Shown here: positions 61,505-64,000 of the stretch, one piece after another
How the letters are laid out: each line of letters begins with the position of its first letter
Position numbering within the stretch: the stretch's first letter is position 1
Made by a program: the position numbers and the translations under genes
Notes under the pieces: generated by a model
What the model saw: only the letters and a program-made list of their open reading frames with translations
Told to the model about the DNA's origin: nothing
The model's database searches: none
DNA from: Chiloscyllium plagiosum
Lineage: Eukaryota
Direction of reading: 5' to 3'
Assembly (NCBI RefSeq): GCF_004010195.1
Contig: NC_057747.1
Coordinates: 12,483,673-12,547,672 of the forward strand
DNA: 64,000 nt

Positions 61505-64000
61505 TTATTCCTAGCTCACATTTGCTAACATAAAGGCTAAAATTCTAAGGGGACAATATATTTCACCATGATAAGGTTTCAGCACTTCAATTTTAATGAT
61601 TTTTATGAACTAGTCACTAGAAGATTAGCACATAATACTGTTTCATGAGGTGGCACACATAACAAGAAACCATGAAATTGTTTCCACAAATGGCAATTGA
61701 CAATTACAAGATTAAAGAATAAATCTGTACTGACTGAAGTTCCTACAAGTGAACAACCAGTCCCTTGGCAAAGTTCCCCAAGTTATTATAGTTTCATCAT
61801 GGGATACTTCAAATTGTCAGCTTCCTGTGTAGGGAAGGATGAACTTGCTCCCTATCTTTATTCATCCATTTCCTCGGTTAGTATTATTTTAAAGAGAATC
61901 CTTTCCCCTGTCAATACCTTTCTCCCAGCCCAAATTAATGTATGTTTTAAAAAGAGCCAATTTAACCATTGGTTCTGGAGTAAACAAAATAGTGGGTCTA
62001 TGAGTTATGAAATGCAAAAATAAATAATAATGAAATGCATGTACACATATATTAGAAATGAGAAGGGAGTCCAAAAAGGATAAATGTTTAGAAAGACCCT
62101 GAGTCCCATGAAGAGTAGAAAGTGGCATGTTGTGGGGTGATGGCAGTAGTGTTGATGTTGTTCAGTGGTTGTGTTTGAGGTACTTAGAATTGCATCTTAG
62201 CTGGAATTCTTTTGTCTGTTTCCTTTTAATGCTGGCTCTAGCCCAGATCGATCTCTTTTTTCCCCCAGCATGTTCATAATCTGAGATAGCTCCAAGGAAA
62301 TTACAGCTCAGTTTGAAGTGCATTTCACCCTTTGAAGTCCTTTGAAGCGTCTTTGACATCCGTCAGGTGCAACATTCCACAAATCTGTTGAGGCTGGGGA
62401 TGACCCTCTGAGGCAGTCACTGAATTACATTACTTAGAATTTACATTCTCAGTAATTTTTTTGGCTGTATAGTCTCTTCCTGAAAAAAAAACATTATTAT
62501 TAGAAGTTCAATATATCTGTTTATGATCTAGAGTTGTAGTCCATCTTTATGATATGCTTTGAAATAAGATAGCACCAGGATAATTTGTATCTGCTGTCAA
62601 CATCAGTGACACTGTTGTTAACTTCACAACATGTTTAATGAAACGAATGTGAATGAAAGGTGAAGGAAGTTGGTAGAAGAAACAGGGCAGGAGTGTGATA
62701 GAGGGTGGAAATTGTTTTATGGAGTGTATTGTTTTGACCCTGAATGCTCTGCCTGGAATGGTTACATCAGGAGGAGTGAAAGAGAAGTGGCTAAATACTA
62801 CAAAAGATAAATTTTTCATGAGTACTTTTTATGTGAGACTAAATGAATTGTGGTTTCAAAGAGTCACAATGTGTTGAATGGTCTCCTCTGCTGCAAGATT
62901 ATATGCTTCTATCAAGTGAGGTAGCACTAAGCTACAGAATTAGAGTGAACTTTTAACTTTATTTGTACAGTTATAGTGAATCCGGCAGGATAATACACAA
63001 AGCCATAACTGATTGACCCATGCATAATTATATTAAATTATCATATCTCATGGTTAGCCATGAGATATTCTCTTTGTAACACACATTGTAAGTTTTCCAT
63101 AAAGTAAAGCAGCTAATTAAGTAAATAATATATGTATCAGTATTTTGGTAGCTGAAGATTAAAACAAATTTACGACATTTTATCATTCTCATTAATGGAT
63201 GCAGGTTTGCATGCTGAGGGAGCAACAGCTCAGTGAGCAAACCTACATCCAGAACCTCAACCTGAGCTACAAATCTACTTAATTCTCGCTATTCCCCTTA
63301 ATTCCGTTCAATGTATGGTTATATTTTCTATTTTTTAAAAATTAGGATCACTGTTTGATTGGTTAAGAGCCCAAAAGCTCAAGACAACATCACAATTGAA
63401 TCAGAAGGCAAGTTAAATCAAAAGTGCTGATCTGGCATTACCAAGTCTAGGTGGCAACAAGTTATAAATAATGTGTAGAAGATTGAATAGGTTCATTTTT
63501 GTCCAGAGTTAATTCACAAAAAAAAAACCTTACATTCGTTCTAAGCCATAACTTGCCAGCAAAATGCTTCAGAGCAATTCACGTATTGAATTGTGTGTGG
63601 GATGTAGTAACCAACAGTTTGTAAGTAAGAGGGTAATGAAAGAAAGAAGGCAATTTATTATAACAGTGATTACGTAAAATAATGTTTTCGAAGCACAATG
63701 ACTCATGCAGGTGTTTAACTATCAAGACAAAAGGCGCATTCTCTTAATTATTCTCTTTTAAGCATCTCCACTCTACTTTTATTAGAATTCAAATTGTGTG
63801 GAAAATCTTTTACCTTAAAGAAGTCAAAAAAGAATTGGCTTACAGAAGTCTCATTTATTCTGGAGGGACTTGTCAGAATCATTCCTTTTTCCAATGTCAT
63901 ATGTCAAAATTCCATCTTGAATTCTGTAGTCTGTGAAAAATACTGCGAAATTCTGGGTGTGCCCAAAAAATCTCCCATTGAATACAACAGCACAATAACA

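Overview
Vertebrate genomic DNA, almost certainly from a cartilaginous fish (shark). This is inferred from HE1/V-SINE-type SINEs, CR1 LINE 3' fragments and abundant Penelope-like element (PLE) termini. There are four assembly gaps. Two genes lie head-to-head. SPRN (Shadoo, prion-protein family) is a single coding exon at 4673-5128 on the - strand, with putative 5'UTR exons near 11.2-11.5 kb. ECHS1 (mitochondrial short-chain enoyl-CoA hydratase) is on the + strand at 15934-33529; 7 of 8 coding exons are visible, exon 3 is missing and probably lies in a gap, and intron 2 appears to use a GC donor. The last 30 kb has no recognisable coding gene but carries a CTCF-like site and a repeat-poor, enhancer-like block at about 52-54.6 kb. 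The most striking non-genic signal is a dense population of short fold-back (palindromic) insertions, many flanked by 8-19 bp target-site duplications. They belong to about four families, each built from two inverted copies of a terminus carrying a minimal hammerhead-ribozyme core (CUGANGA-stem II-GAAA plus a palindromic ACGU/AGCU). One family is physically joined to a GIY-YIG PLE fragment in this window. All calls are by eye, with no database searches or folding run.
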